Shown: one piece after another, positions 37,500-47,251 of the stretch
How the letters are laid out: the number at the start of each line of letters is the position of its first letter
Position numbering within the stretch: position 1 is the stretch's first letter
Source of the DNA: Armatimonadota bacterium
Lineage (GTDB): Bacteria; Armatimonadota; UBA5829; DTLH01
DNA: 58,329 nt
Direction: 5' to 3'
Assembly: GCA_039679675.1 (NCBI GenBank)
Contig: JBDKUN010000025.1
Coordinates: 1 to 58,329 of the forward strand
Notes under the pieces: generated by a model
The model's input: only the letters and a program-made list of their open reading frames with translations
Databases searched by the model: none
Told to the model about the DNA's origin: nothing
Position numbers and translations under genes: made by a program

Positions 37500-38900
37500 A
37501 TGAGAAGAGCAGGAGCGCTATTACTAGTTGTTCTGATCGCCGTAATGCTAAGTGCGGGTTGTGGCCGCCGAACAGTCACAAAACTCCAGATTAAAAGCCC
37601 CGTGGCCTCTGCTTCAGGAGACCGTTCGGGCAAAGTTACAGGCAATAAAGAAAACGCTGTTTCCAATTCCAACCCGGTAGAGAACACCAAGCCCGGAATG
37701 AAACCAGTAAAACCACTAAAAAACCCGACTGCGAAGGATGTCCTTCTGCGTACGGCTGAAGTCTACAAATCAATCAACACGCTGAAGCTGAAGGGCACTA
37801 TCTACGCTGAGCTTTCTGCTGAAGGCAAGAGCAAGAACAGCCAGGGACAGGTGGAGATGTCATTCTCAAGGCCGAATAAGATCATGTTAAGGACAAGTGG
37901 CCAGGGGAATGAAGGACTGATCGTCTCTGACGGGAAGGCGATGTATATTTATGCTCATTCACCCGGCATGGAAAAAATGCGCGGAGGCTATTCCAAGATT
38001 TACAGAAAGGCTTCTGCCCCAAAGTCGGTGAGCGAGCTTAACTCTGGCAGAGAGGGCGGTATCACTACTCCCGGCCTGCTCAGTGGAATGAATTTAACTC
38101 CTTACATCAAATCAGCCAGGCTTAAACCATCTGAGAAAGTTGGCGGAGTCGATACATACGTGATCACATATCCGGTCAAGACCGGAAGAAAAGGTATGAC
38201 GAGGACCGAAACGCTTTGGATAGGAAAGAACGACTTCTTGCTCAGGCAGATCAAAACTCTGGCGCAAATATCGCCAAGTGCAATGGGCCCGGCCCCAAAA
38301 GGCGTAAAAGGGCCTAAGGGCTCTCTCGTTATAAGCCAAAAGACCATCATGAGTCTGGTGCAGGCGGGCCAAACGATTCCTTCGGGGACTTTCAAGTTCG
38401 TTCCCCCTCCCGGAGCAAAAAATGCAGCAACTATAAAGCCGCCGAAAATGCCGAACCCTCCGGCGCCACCGAAAGTTACCGGAAAGAAGGCTCCTGGTTT
38501 CAGCATACCATCACTTAACGGCAAAGAAATATCGCTTTCGAGTTATCGCGGCCGTAATGTCCTTCTTGTATTCTGGGCTTTGGGCTCTCCGCAGTCGAAA
38601 AAGGCCTTGCCTGAGATACAGAAGCTGAATAAGATGCTTGGTAATGGAGGTACGGCCATTTTGAGCATTAACCTTGATGGAAACAACGAAGCAACCGGTA
38701 AGTTTATAAAAGAAAACGGTATCAGCTTCCCTGTCATGGTTGGTTCGGAGAAAACATTCAAGACTGCGCTGAATTACGGCCTAAGAAACTTGCCGACGAT
38801 ATTCATCATCGGTAAGGATGGTACTGTTAAGGGCGAGATGATCGGTATAAAATCGGCAAATGAGCTGAAGACCGAAGTCGCAAAACACGGGATTCACTAG
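37500..38900 (+). CDS. Lipoprotein: LolA-like/DUF2092 domain fused to a TlpA-like thioredoxin fold lacking CxxC
   Basis: Lipobox LSAGC; RPNKI...IVSDGK.MY.Y, TLWIGKND.LLRQI and F.F.PP.GA (LolA-like); Pro linker; APGFS..SLNG..ISLS.YRG..VLL.FWALGSPQS...LPTIFIIGKDG. Confidence 0.85.
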   Translation: MRRAGALLLVVLIAVMLSAGCGRRTVTKLQIKSPVASASGDRSGKVTGNKENAVSNSNPVENTKPGMKPVKPLKNPTAKDVLLRTAEVYKSINTLKLKGTIYAELSAEGKSKNSQGQVEMSFSRPNKIMLRTSGQGNEGLIVSDGKAMYIYAHSPGMEKMRGGYSKIYRKASAPKSVSELNSGREGGITTPGLLSGMNLTPYIKSARLKPSEKVGGVDTYVITYPVKTGRKGMTRTETLWIGKNDFLLRQIKTLAQISPSAMGPAPKGVKGPKGSLVISQKTIMSLVQAGQTIPSGTFKFVPPPGAKNAATIKPPKMPNPPAPPKVTGKKAPGFSIPSLNGKEISLSSYRGRNVLLVFWALGSPQSKKALPEIQKLNKMLGNGGTAILSINLDGNNEATGKFIKENGISFPVMVGSEKTFKTALNYGLRNLPTIFIIGKDGTVKGEMIGIKSANELKTEVAKHGIH

Positions 38901-38942
38901 AAAATGCACTTATGCTTTATCTCACTTGTTTATGATTCTAGA

Positions 38943-38958
38943 ATGCAAACGGTTGCAT
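38943..38958. promoter_or_regulatory. Probable LacI-family operator
   Basis: ATGCAAACGGTTGCAT, a near-perfect palindrome with central CG, 56 nt upstream of the sugar isomerase. Confidence 0.65.
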
Positions 38959-39014
38959 AATGATTATATTCAATATTATTTGCCTGTCGGCAATATTCAT
39001 CTGGAGGGAAAGTT

Positions 39015-40511
39015 ATGAAGAACACACCTATCGGATTGGTGCTGATGAACGACGGAAGAGAGCACGTCTGGCGGGAAAATGAGAAAGATAACATGGCCGT
39101 TGTCCAGAAATGGGCTGAGGTCATAAAGCAGGGGATCAAGGCGCATGACGGGACTGCACCGGATGTCATTACGGCATCCAGAACCGTTACATCGGTAAAA
39201 GCAGCACAGGAAATAGGCGAGGAACTGGCGAGAGCGAACTGCAAGCAGATCGTGATGTGTTACAACGTATGGAACTTCCCATACCTCCTGTGGCCGTTCA
39301 TCAACAGCCTGGGAAAAGATGTACCCATACTGTCGCTTTCCAACAACAACGGGAAATTCCCCGGAAATGTCGGACTTCTTGCCACTGACGGCGCACTCAG
39401 ACAGGTGGGGCGAAGGACTCATAGGATAGTAGGCGAGGTCGATGACCCTGCGACACAGGCTAAAGTCTTTGCCTGGCTTCGTGCGTCGCAGGCCGCCACT
39501 ACAATGCATAACGAAGTCTACGGGCTCTACGGTGGCCATTCCATGGGTATGGAGACCGGTTTCTTCCACCTGACACCGACACTCAAGGCAATCGGCACAA
39601 ACTGCTTCCAGGTCGATCAGTTGGAGCTGGTTGAAGTGATGAAAACAATTCCTGATGCAGAAGTAGAAGCAGGACATAAGTGGTTTGAAAGCCTGCTCGG
39701 AGACCGGATACTCTACGATGGACACATGCTTACGCCGGAGACGCTCAAAACACAGATAAGACTGTATCTGGCGATGGATAAGCTCAATAAAGAGAATGGT
39801 TTTGCATTCTGTGGACTAAAAGGACAGCGTGAGCTTACTGAGCATGTATGCCTTGGCGACATCCCTGAGATGATGATGAACGATCCTTACGATTGGCGCG
39901 GCCCAAAGGAACCGTTTGTCTGTGCGACCGAAGCCGATTCGTATGCTGCTATGACTATGCAGTCGCTTAAGTATATCTCCGGCGGACTGCCGACCCTCTT
40001 CATGGATGTTCGGCTGTACCATCCTGACCTGGACCTTTGGGACTGGTGCAACTCAGGCAACCATTCTTCTTGGTATGCCGCGAGAAGCTGGGATCCGAAG
40101 AAGAATTTCGAGTCCATCACGCTTTATCCTGCGATGGAATATTACTTCAAAGCCGGCGGCGCATCAGTGGAGTTCGATGCAGCAGCTGGGGAAATGACAT
40201 TTGCGAGGCTCGGCCTCTGGAACGAGAAACCTTACATGGTAATTGTGCCTGGAGAGTCAGTCATGCTGCCGGCAGCGGAGCGAAAAGCATTGAATCAGCA
40301 GACCGACCCCACATGGCCTCATGTCCATGCACGGCTGGACTGCAGTTTTGAGGAGTTCCTGGCTGTCTTCCCCGCAAATCATGCCCAGGGAGTATCAGGG
40401 AATGTTGTTCATGAGCTGAACTACTTCTGCGAGATCACCGGAATAACGCCGATTATACTTGGAAGCGCAGGAGAGAAACGCATAAAACCCATCTGGGAAC
40501 GCGTATTCTAG
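39015..40511 (+). CDS. L-fucose/D-arabinose isomerase-family protein
   Basis: PGNVGLLA, GGHSMGM, GLKGQREL, ATEADS (metal Glu), FMDVR (Asp), CNSG, PTWP, ANH (His). Confidence 0.85.
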   Translation: MKNTPIGLVLMNDGREHVWRENEKDNMAVVQKWAEVIKQGIKAHDGTAPDVITASRTVTSVKAAQEIGEELARANCKQIVMCYNVWNFPYLLWPFINSLGKDVPILSLSNNNGKFPGNVGLLATDGALRQVGRRTHRIVGEVDDPATQAKVFAWLRASQAATTMHNEVYGLYGGHSMGMETGFFHLTPTLKAIGTNCFQVDQLELVEVMKTIPDAEVEAGHKWFESLLGDRILYDGHMLTPETLKTQIRLYLAMDKLNKENGFAFCGLKGQRELTEHVCLGDIPEMMMNDPYDWRGPKEPFVCATEADSYAAMTMQSLKYISGGLPTLFMDVRLYHPDLDLWDWCNSGNHSSWYAARSWDPKKNFESITLYPAMEYYFKAGGASVEFDAAAGEMTFARLGLWNEKPYMVIVPGESVMLPAAERKALNQQTDPTWPHVHARLDCSFEEFLAVFPANHAQGVSGNVVHELNYFCEITGITPIILGSAGEKRIKPIWERVF

Positions 40512-40537
40512 ATTTAAAAAAGGTTGGTTCAAACCTA

Positions 40538-40566
40538 TTGCAATAGTGCCTGCCCAATTGTATACT
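40538..40566 (+). promoter_or_regulatory. Sigma70-like promoter of the GH4 gene, embedded in an inverted repeat (40544-40578)
   Basis: TTGCAA (40538-40543), N17, TATACT (40561-40566). Arms TAGTGCCTGC and GCAGGCACTA. Confidence 0.55.
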
Positions 40567-40599
40567 GAGCAGGCACTAATTTCGTATGGGAGAATATGA

Positions 40600-41898
40600 A
40601 TGAAAGTTACAATGATCGGCGCAGGTAGTGTTGTCTTTTCAAAGAACCTGACAGGGGACATTCTATCGTTCCCAGAGTTCAAAAATGCTGAATTCGCCCT
40701 CATGGACATTGATTCGGACAGATTGAGTGTGGCCGAGGCTATGGTCAAGCGGGTCGGGGACTATCTTGAGGCGAAACCAACAATCAAGACATACAGCGAC
40801 CGAAAAGCAGCGCTCGATGGAGCCGATTATGTAATAAATATGATCCAGGTCGGCGGTTACGACCCAGCAACCATAACGGACTTCGAAATCCCGAAAAAAT
40901 ACGGACTGAAACAGACAATTGCCGATACTCTCGGCATCGGCGGAATATTCCGGGCGCTCAGGACAATTCCTGTTATGCTCGATATGTGCCACGACATGGA
41001 AGAGGTCTGCACGGATGTATGGTTTTTGAACTACGTCAACCCGATGGCGATGAACACCGGAGCAGTTCTCAAGGGCACGAATATCAAAACGGTCGGCCTC
41101 TGTCACGGTATTCAGGGATCGCAGAACTGGATCGCACAATGCCTGGGTATCCCGAAAGAGGAGATCCGGTTCAGGTCTGCAGGTATCAACCACCTGTCAT
41201 TCATTCTAGCGATGGAGCACAACGGCGTAGACCTCTACCCCAAGCTGAAGCAGCTTGCCCAAGAAGGTGGAGAGTGCATCGAAAAGGATAAGGTGCGCTT
41301 TGAAATGCTGCGCAGGTTCGGCTATTACGGCGGAGAATCGAGCGAACATACTGCCGAGTATATACCTTATTTCATTCGCCGCGACCGCGAAGACCTGATA
41401 GAGAAGTTCAGCGTGCCGATAGACGAGTATATCCGCCGGTGCAAAGAGCAGATAAAATGGTGGGAAGATATGCGGGATAAGCTTCTATCCGGCGAAGAAC
41501 CGCTGGAAGTGTCGCGATCAGAAGAATACGGCTCTTATATCATCCATTCCATAGAAACCGGAACGCCGCGTGTCATCTACGGAAACGTCCTGAACAACGG
41601 ACTTATAACAAACCTGCCTGACATGTGCTGCGTTGAGGTTCCATGCCTCGTGGACCGAAACGGTATTCAACCGACTTATATCGGCAATCTTCCGCCGCAG
41701 CTTGCCGCTTTAATAAGGACAAACGTAAACGTGCAGGAGCTTACCATCGAGGCTGCACTGACCGGCAAGAAAGAGTATGTTTATCACGCTGCTATGCTTG
41801 ACCCGCATACATCAGCGGAACTAACGATGGACGAGATTCATAGCATGGTAGACGATCTCTTCGAAGCTCATGACGGCTGGATACCGCCGATGGATTAG
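40600..41898 (+). CDS. melA: GH4 NAD+-dependent alpha-galactosidase
   Basis: IGAGSVVF, QTIADTLGIGGIFRALRT, NYVNPM, GLCH, GINH, ESSEH. Confidence 0.88.
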   Translation: MKVTMIGAGSVVFSKNLTGDILSFPEFKNAEFALMDIDSDRLSVAEAMVKRVGDYLEAKPTIKTYSDRKAALDGADYVINMIQVGGYDPATITDFEIPKKYGLKQTIADTLGIGGIFRALRTIPVMLDMCHDMEEVCTDVWFLNYVNPMAMNTGAVLKGTNIKTVGLCHGIQGSQNWIAQCLGIPKEEIRFRSAGINHLSFILAMEHNGVDLYPKLKQLAQEGGECIEKDKVRFEMLRRFGYYGGESSEHTAEYIPYFIRRDREDLIEKFSVPIDEYIRRCKEQIKWWEDMRDKLLSGEEPLEVSRSEEYGSYIIHSIETGTPRVIYGNVLNNGLITNLPDMCCVEVPCLVDRNGIQPTYIGNLPPQLAALIRTNVNVQELTIEAALTGKKEYVYHAAMLDPHTSAELTMDEIHSMVDDLFEAHDGWIPPMD

Positions 41899-41957
41899 TG
41901 TTAAAGATAAAGAGATAATATTAGTCATAGTTATAACTTCACAGGGGACAAATAAGT

Positions 41958-44345
41958 ATGGATAATCTGAAGTTCTATGTTTCACCAGTTGGAGACGACA
42001 GCTACTCAGGGATGATTTCAGCTCCATCCACTGACGGTACTGATGGGCCTTTCGCCACTCCGGCGGCTGCGCGAGACGCTATTCGACGCTATTCGGCTGA
42101 AAAGAATGGGTTGGACCGCCCTGTAACCGTGTTCATCCAGTCAGGCGTCTATGAACTAGAGAATACGCTGGCATTTGGTCCCGAAGATTCAGGGACGGCA
42201 GAGTGTCCGATATGTTACGTAGCAGACAAGGGCGCTTCTCCTGTCATTTCCGGCGGACGGCGTATAGGGAACTGGCAGGAGACGGAGTTAAATGGCCTCA
42301 GGTGCTGGACCGCTGAACTGCCGGAAGCCGCTGCAGGTGAGTGGAACTTCACACGGCTATACGTAAATAATAGTCCTCGACTTCGCCCGCGATTACCAAA
42401 GTCTGGGTTTTACCACTTTACAGGGATCGACGGGCATGAAGATTCCGGGTTCAAATGGACGGAAGGCCCGGACAGCGCCAATTTTGCTCCGGGGAACATC
42501 AAGAAGTGGAAGAACTGGGAAGATGTCGAGATTATCACATACCAGCTCTGGTTTGACACGCATCATCAGATCAAAAATATCGATGAAGACAAGTGTGTTG
42601 TGTATTTTCATGCAAACAGCCTGGGCAGTTTGAAGGATGAAAAGGGAGAGTTTGCCCGCTACTTCGTAGAGAACGTGTTCGAGGCGATGGACACGCCGGG
42701 AGAGTGGTATCTGGACCGCGCAACCGGACGGCTGTACTACCTGCCGCTGCCGGAAGAGAGTTTGGAAAACACCGTTGTGGTTGCGCCGCGTCTAGAAAAA
42801 CTGCTCTTACTGCAGGGGGATGAGTCAGGGAGACGTGTCAACCACCTGCGCTTCGAAAACCTGACATTCGCACACCAACACTGGGAGCTTCCGAAGAGCT
42901 GCACTGGGTACATACAGGCCGCATACGGTGTACCGGGTGCTATTATCCTTGAAGGTGCGGAGGCATGCGTCTTGTACGGATGCACGGTATCACATATCAA
43001 CGGCTACGGCATCGAAGTCCTGGCTGGAAGCACTGATAGTGTCCTGGCTGCGTGTGTCGTATCGGATGCAGGCGGAGGAGGAATAAAGATAGGTAATGAG
43101 GAGATTATCAGCCGTTGGTCTGTTGGTTCGATGGGGACCTTGAGCGGCGATAAAGTGCCTCCCATTGCTACCACGGTCATCGACTGCACTATCCGGGACT
43201 GCGGCCACATATTCCCGAGTGCCATAGGTATCTGGATCGCAAACAGCGGATGGAACCGCATTATTCACAACCATATATTCAACTGCAACTATACAGGTAT
43301 ATCATGCGGCTGGACGTGGGGATATGACCAGACACGCACGGTATGCAACCGTATCGAGAATAACCACATCCACCACATCAACCACAAGGAGATTCTGAGC
43401 GATAACGGCGGGATTTACACGCTGGGGATTCAGCCTGGTACAACATTGAAAGGCAATGTAATCCACGACATCTCCTGTTACGGCTATGGCGCATGGGGAA
43501 TCTATCCGGATGAAGGCAGTTCCGAGATTCTGATAGAGGACAATCTCGTATACGGCACAAAGAAGAACGCATTCTTCGTGCATTATGGGCATGATTTGCT
43601 TGTCCGTAACAATATCTTCTCGAACAGTCAGCAAGAGCATCTCGGCTTGGCCATGATACAGGAGAATCACAGGTCTACTGTCTTTCGCGGCAACATTGTA
43701 ATTCCTGCAAACGGCCGAATTGCGGTTCTCGACTGGCCTCAGGCGCAGCTCACGGTTACAGGCAATCTTTACTGGCCGCTTGACGGAAGTCCGCTGTCCT
43801 TCAACGGTATGACTTTGGAGCAGATGCAGGAAAATGGGCAAAATGCTGATGCTCTGGTAGCCGATCCACTGTTTGAGGATGCCGCTGGCGAGGGATTTTC
43901 ACTCAGATCGGACTCACCGGCTTATTCCATAGGGTTTGAACCTTTTGATTGGCGTCTTGCGGGGACTCGTATAGGCGCTGAACGGCCTTTGGATTACGAT
44001 GACTACACCCGGCTGTTACCGCTGCCCGCTGCTGACGTGCCTGTGGTGCGCACGATGGTTGAATTGGAGAATACGGAAGATACCGGCGCTGCAAAGTTCT
44101 CCGTAAAGTTGGTGAACATCGGATGGGCGCAGGCAAAGGGTTCCGTTTCTCTTAGCGCAGGTCCATCGGGCGCAACCGGACTGCCAAGCTTGAAGAGCAT
44201 ATCGTTTGATTTAGCTCCGGGAGAGTCGTCGGTTGAGAATGTGGATGTGGCAGTCAAGCCGGACGCGCCATGTTTCTGGCTGGAAACTGAGCCTTTCGGA
44301 GATGCAGTCATACCCGCTCGGAAGCTGGTGCAGAAGCAAAAATAA
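41958..44345 (+). CDS. Right-handed parallel beta-helix protein (GH141-like glycoside hydrolase)
   Basis: FYVSPVGDD..SG...DGPFAT, ISGG, DTPGEWYLD, YTGISCGWTWGY, LSDNGGIYTLG, GIYPDEGSS. Confidence 0.8.
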   Translation: MDNLKFYVSPVGDDSYSGMISAPSTDGTDGPFATPAAARDAIRRYSAEKNGLDRPVTVFIQSGVYELENTLAFGPEDSGTAECPICYVADKGASPVISGGRRIGNWQETELNGLRCWTAELPEAAAGEWNFTRLYVNNSPRLRPRLPKSGFYHFTGIDGHEDSGFKWTEGPDSANFAPGNIKKWKNWEDVEIITYQLWFDTHHQIKNIDEDKCVVYFHANSLGSLKDEKGEFARYFVENVFEAMDTPGEWYLDRATGRLYYLPLPEESLENTVVVAPRLEKLLLLQGDESGRRVNHLRFENLTFAHQHWELPKSCTGYIQAAYGVPGAIILEGAEACVLYGCTVSHINGYGIEVLAGSTDSVLAACVVSDAGGGGIKIGNEEIISRWSVGSMGTLSGDKVPPIATTVIDCTIRDCGHIFPSAIGIWIANSGWNRIIHNHIFNCNYTGISCGWTWGYDQTRTVCNRIENNHIHHINHKEILSDNGGIYTLGIQPGTTLKGNVIHDISCYGYGAWGIYPDEGSSEILIEDNLVYGTKKNAFFVHYGHDLLVRNNIFSNSQQEHLGLAMIQENHRSTVFRGNIVIPANGRIAVLDWPQAQLTVTGNLYWPLDGSPLSFNGMTLEQMQENGQNADALVADPLFEDAAGEGFSLRSDSPAYSIGFEPFDWRLAGTRIGAERPLDYDDYTRLLPLPAADVPVVRTMVELENTEDTGAAKFSVKLVNIGWAQAKGSVSLSAGPSGATGLPSLKSISFDLAPGESSVENVDVAVKPDAPCFWLETEPFGDAVIPARKLVQKQK

Positions 44346-44350
44346 GGCTG

Positions 44351-45586
44351 CTAATGCTTTAGCACGTCCCGCTGAGTAGCCAGAAATGCACCGTTTATCA
44401 GGAACATAACGCCAAATATTGTTACGGTCAACTGTGCTCCGAATTTCTGGGCGAGATATCCGGTCAGGTAGTTTGCGAACGGGGACAAGCCCATGAAAAT
44501 GAATGTGTAGACTCCCATTACACGGCCACGGAGTGCATCGTCAGCGAGATTCTGTATAAGGCTGTTACAAGTCTGGCTGAAAGATATGGCGGAAAAGCCG
44601 ACTCCGATAAGCATGAGCCTTGAAAGCAGGAATGAGTTGGAATTCGCAAAAACAATCAGAAGCACAGCGCCGAGTGTAGCTGCAACTGTCAACAAACGTC
44701 CGAGTTTCGATATTCTCGATAACGTCGAAAGCACGACAGCGGCGACCAACGCTCCCATACCTACAGACATAAGGAGCGAGCCGTTTCCTTGAATACCGAC
44801 TTTCAGAATATCCTTGGAAAAGACAGGTATCAGCATCATATAAGGGAATGTGAACATCGTATAGATCGTGAGTGCGATCATGATCTTACGGATAACCCGC
44901 TTTTTCCAGACATACTGCAGACCGGCCATGAGGTTATCCATAAGAGATACCTCAAGATCTGCCCCAGGAGGCGTTCTCGCCTTTACAACCATCAACGCGG
45001 CTATAACTGCAAAAAAGCTTGCGGCGTTGATGAAAAAACAGATGGGAATTCCCATTTTGGCCGCGATATAGCCGCCCATAGCCGGTCCGATAACACGAGC
45101 CGTGTTGAAGGCCGCTGAATTTAGCACTATCGCATTAGTCAGATATTTTTTCGGCACAAGGTGAACCGGCATGGACTGTCTGATAGGAGAGTCAAATGCC
45201 ATGACTATCCCCTGAAGGAAAGCTATAACCAGTATATGATACTTGGTAATATGCCCGGAACCGACAAGGATGCCTAAAGCGACTGCAAAGCAGGCTGAGA
45301 GGGATTGAGTGAGAACAAGTGCTTTCTTTTTATTTACACGGTCTGCGACCGCTCCTGCGAAAAGTGTGAGCACGAAAAGCGGGATTGCCCCGACCGCGTT
45401 TACGAGGCCCAGCCATTGCTTGGAACCGGTGATTTCGTAGACAAGATAGCTGTAAGTGGTTGCCTGGACCCATCCGCCGGTGAAGGAGGTCATAGCGCCG
45501 ATCCAGTAGAGCCTGTAGTCACGGGACCGCATCGCAGGGAAGGTGTCAAGGAGCGTTGACCTGATTCTATCTAAGGCGGAGAGCAT
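44351..45586 (-). CDS. MFS transporter (MFS_3/EntS-like)
   Basis: YRLYWIG, AGAVADRVNKK, FDSPIRQS, FNTARVIGPA, LRGRVM; 12 TMs. Start moved to ATG 45586. Confidence 0.9.
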   Translation of the reverse strand: MLSALDRIRSTLLDTFPAMRSRDYRLYWIGAMTSFTGGWVQATTYSYLVYEITGSKQWLGLVNAVGAIPLFVLTLFAGAVADRVNKKKALVLTQSLSACFAVALGILVGSGHITKYHILVIAFLQGIVMAFDSPIRQSMPVHLVPKKYLTNAIVLNSAAFNTARVIGPAMGGYIAAKMGIPICFFINAASFFAVIAALMVVKARTPPGADLEVSLMDNLMAGLQYVWKKRVIRKIMIALTIYTMFTFPYMMLIPVFSKDILKVGIQGNGSLLMSVGMGALVAAVVLSTLSRISKLGRLLTVAATLGAVLLIVFANSNSFLLSRLMLIGVGFSAISFSQTCNSLIQNLADDALRGRVMGVYTFIFMGLSPFANYLTGYLAQKFGAQLTVTIFGVMFLINGAFLATQRDVLKH

Positions 45587-45745
45587 GAGGGAGTCCTTTC
45601 GAAAGGTCTTTCGACCTTGTTTATGATAACATACATTCCGCCTGAGTGTCACACGGGGATTCAGGGCAAACGCGTCTAGATATAGAAGAGGCAAGTTTGA
45701 GAATAGAGGTTAGTGTGAATGGTGCAAGTCTCCACTAATCTCTTT

Positions 45746-45774
45746 GGAGTGCGGAAGCTGCAGCTTCCGCTTTT
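45746..45774. repeat. REP-like palindrome (may double as a terminator)
   Basis: GGAG-T followed by the perfect 20-bp palindrome GCGGAAGCTGCAGCTTCCGC and TTTT. Confidence 0.55.
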
Positions 45775-45803
45775 CTATCGGCATTCACTATCCGTCATTT
45801 TGA

Positions 45804-45839
45804 AACGCGAATTACGCGGATTTAACGGATTTCGCGAAT
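45804..45839. repeat. Four degenerate 9-nt tandem repeats
   Basis: AACGCGAAT TACGCGGAT TTAACGGAT TTCGCGAAT. Confidence 0.65.
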
Positions 45840-45959
45840 GGTAGAGACCTAAAGCATCTACAATAAGACCCTCAAGTCTTCATCAATCCCTTTTTACTTT
45901 GCTTCGGACCGCTTCGAAATAAGACAATGATATCACATTCTTGATGGATAATTATCTAT

Positions 45960-47153
45960 CTATGGCTTAGAAAATCCCCCAAGGCTTGTTAGCACCAATT
46001 TCCATGATTTATCCTTTGTACTTGCTATCACGTATACAAGGAGTTTGCCGTCTCTGGAGGACGATGCTGTCTTAAGTGCTTCATCCCCGAACCATCTCTC
46101 TCCTGTATCGCTGAAAACAAGATTCGACTCTTCCAACAACTTTCTTATCTTGCCCTTCTCTGGATCGAATAGTATGAGTTGGAACTTATACATGGGCGTT
46201 GCATTCTTCGTGTCTGGATCACGAATTTCGCTCCGCAGACGAATAACTGTGAGGATTTTATTCCCAACCCAATCTGGTGGACTTTCGAGCCATATCCAGT
46301 AATATTCAATATAATCCTGAAGTTCCACTACCTTGTCTTTGGTAACAACATAGAGTGAACCTGTTGAAAGACCTCCTCCAGTGTCATTACCGGCCACTAC
46401 TGCAGCAGTTGATATATTACTGTTCCACCGGATAATGTCTGCATCATGGTACTCAGTTACATCAGTAGGCTTTTTATACAGGAACCGCTGCCATTCTATC
46501 TTTTTGCTCTTCGGTGATGTGCGGATAACAGCAAGGTTAATGAAAGGAAGACCATTTGATTCCGGCGAGCTATTACCAGCAGCGCGGGCTAACATTACCT
46601 CGCCTCCTGCTGAGACATCAGTTATCATCATCCCCTTAGGGCAGTCAAACCTCTCTCCATTACAGTAATGTGAGTGCTTGGTGCTGGACCAGAACTTATA
46701 TTCGTTTACAGCTGGGACGTAACATATATCGTCACTACTCCACCAGACTGAAAAAACAGGATAGAACCGTTCTTCGATCTTAAAACTTTCCATATCGATT
46801 AACATATAGCTGTTTGTGCCTGCACGAGATACAAGGAGTTCCTGCTCATCATTACGCCACTTGAAGTTCCAAGCCAGGGGGATATCCGCTATGTCAGGAT
46901 CATTTATAAAACCATCAGGCAGCTTCAGTATTCTCCCCTTCGGCCAGTCTTTTAGCTCATCCCCGACAATATAGACTAGGCTTTTCCCGCTTGGCGCAAC
47001 GCTCACTCCGTTTATAGGATGTGAATATTGAAGAACGGTCTTCTGCTGTTCCTTGTGAACCGTGCTAATTGCTTTGCTATTTTGTGCAGAGACACAAGAT
47101 GGTAGTATAACGAATGTAAAAAGCACAAGAATGAACAGGTGAGTTTTGCACAT
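45960..47153 (-). CDS. Secreted hypothetical protein, possibly beta-propeller-like
   Basis: Signal peptide, GAGGAGG SD, propeller-like ends (VSVAPSGKSLVY; SSRDGKLLVY). Confidence 0.7.
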   Translation of the reverse strand: MCKTHLFILVLFTFVILPSCVSAQNSKAISTVHKEQQKTVLQYSHPINGVSVAPSGKSLVYIVGDELKDWPKGRILKLPDGFINDPDIADIPLAWNFKWRNDEQELLVSRAGTNSYMLIDMESFKIEERFYPVFSVWWSSDDICYVPAVNEYKFWSSTKHSHYCNGERFDCPKGMMITDVSAGGEVMLARAAGNSSPESNGLPFINLAVIRTSPKSKKIEWQRFLYKKPTDVTEYHDADIIRWNSNISTAAVVAGNDTGGGLSTGSLYVVTKDKVVELQDYIEYYWIWLESPPDWVGNKILTVIRLRSEIRDPDTKNATPMYKFQLILFDPEKGKIRKLLEESNLVFSDTGERWFGDEALKTASSSRDGKLLVYVIASTKDKSWKLVLTSLGGFSKP

Positions 47154-47202
47154 GCTAACGCCTCCTCATGATCTTCACCTAAAATGTTTTGACTTTAAAA
47201 AA

Positions 47203-47230
47203 GGGGTGGGGGGAACTTATAAGTTTCCCC
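47203..47230. repeat. G/C-run hairpin element between two genes
   Basis: GGGGTGGGGGGAACTT-AT-AAGTTTCCCC. Confidence 0.4.
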
Positions 47231-47251
47231 TGAGACAAGTAAAAAGCTGGA

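Noticed and set aside
45587..45700. Possible riboswitch upstream of the MFS transporter
   Set aside because: Only a short AAGGTC-GAAA-GACCTT hairpin near the SD; no recognisable aptamer consensus.
45804..45839. Tandem repeats considered as a CRISPR array
   Set aside because: The units are 9 nt with no spacers, and there are no cas genes in the window.
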